This document shows positions 5,736 through 6,000 of a stretch of DNA of 6,000 nucleotides, one piece after another. Position 1 is the first letter of the stretch. The number at the start of each line of letters is the position of its first letter. A model generated the notes under the pieces. It ran no database searches. It worked only from the letters and a program-made list of their open reading frames with translations, and was not told where the DNA came from. Origin of the DNA: Octopus sinensis (Eukaryota); contig NW_021829750.1 in NCBI RefSeq assembly GCF_006345805.1, positions 1-6,000 on the forward strand. The letters run 5' to 3'. The translations under genes and the position numbers were made by a program.

Positions 5736-6000
5736 GAGAGCATTCCATTCAAGATGTTGAAAATATTGTTTACTTTCTATGACGATAACGTCGTTCCTTG
5801 CTGGACTAGTGACATATATTTCAACGTTTACAATTTCCATATAAGTGATTCTTGCCACACAGAATACAAAACAGCTTCTAAAGCTAGAATGCGCGGTGCG
5901 AAACGGGGTTCCGAGAGGTGGCCGTTTAGTTTGACGAATAAATAAATGCTGTAGTAGATCGTGGAAAAGCAGCATTTAAAGACGAGACAGAACCAGCTTT
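5736..6000 (-). pseudogene. L1/Tx1-like LINE reverse transcriptase fragment, decayed; continues right of the window
   Basis: KAG/FCLVFK..TIYYSI..VKLNGHLSEP (5935-5906)..ILALEAVL (5890-5867), then after a frameshift ARNDVIVI (NDVIVI at 5795-5778, resembling DDVTVI of YADDVTVI). This fits the recalled pattern AGFGPVF..IYS.I..V.VNGHLSEPF..RQGCPLSPLLY.LALEPLL..YADDVT, with the RQG motif deleted. Confidence 0.68.

Noticed and set aside
3104-5975. ORFs of 60-157 aa in the track overlapping 3104-3733, 4372-4574 and 5196-5975 as protein-coding genes
   Set aside because: They run through stop-poor TA/CA/TATG/TCTA/TTC repeats (YIYI, HTHT, LSIY, poly-F/R translations) or are off-frame readings of TE remnants. 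There is no domain or splice evidence.
5943-5978. 9-bp inverted repeat TAAATGCTG...CAGCATTTA as a terminator or structured RNA
   Set aside because: AT-rich short stem with an 18-nt loop inside a LINE RT fragment. Compatible with chance.
793-6000. All three retroelement fossils lie on the minus strand, suggesting an intron of a plus-strand gene
   Set aside because: Three of three in the same orientation occurs by chance 25% of the time, and the SINEs are in both orientations.

Overview
This is AT-rich (roughly one-third GC by eye) non-coding animal DNA, not prokaryotic. The SINE families and the TA/CA/TCTA/TATG microsatellite load point to an octopod cephalopod; that assignment rests on recalled repeat consensuses, not a search. 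I find no host gene, RNA gene or CRISPR array, and most ORFs in the supplied track are microsatellite artefacts. Almost the whole window resolves into layered transposon fossils. (1) The 3' end of a DD34D mariner with its right TIR and TA (1-383). (2) A heavily decayed Penelope-like retroelement (RT plus the start of a C-terminal GIY-YIG endonuclease) on the minus strand (~793-2990). It is readable only after removing four younger insertions, each with its own TSD: two SINEs of one family in opposite orientation, a hAT-type MITE carrying a perfect 79-bp duplication, and a 3'-truncated tRNA/CORE-type SINE. (3) Two more SINE pieces (3587-4058). (4) A decayed L2/CR1-group LINE ORF2 (~4059-5111, minus) with a triplet repeat inside it. 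(5) An L1/Tx1-like RT fragment (~5736-6000, minus). (6) About 0.9 kb of simple repeats. I cannot support a genuinely new biological system. The value of the window is its nested insertion history and a few mechanistically odd insertions. All protein-family calls come from manual translation compared with motifs recalled from memory.
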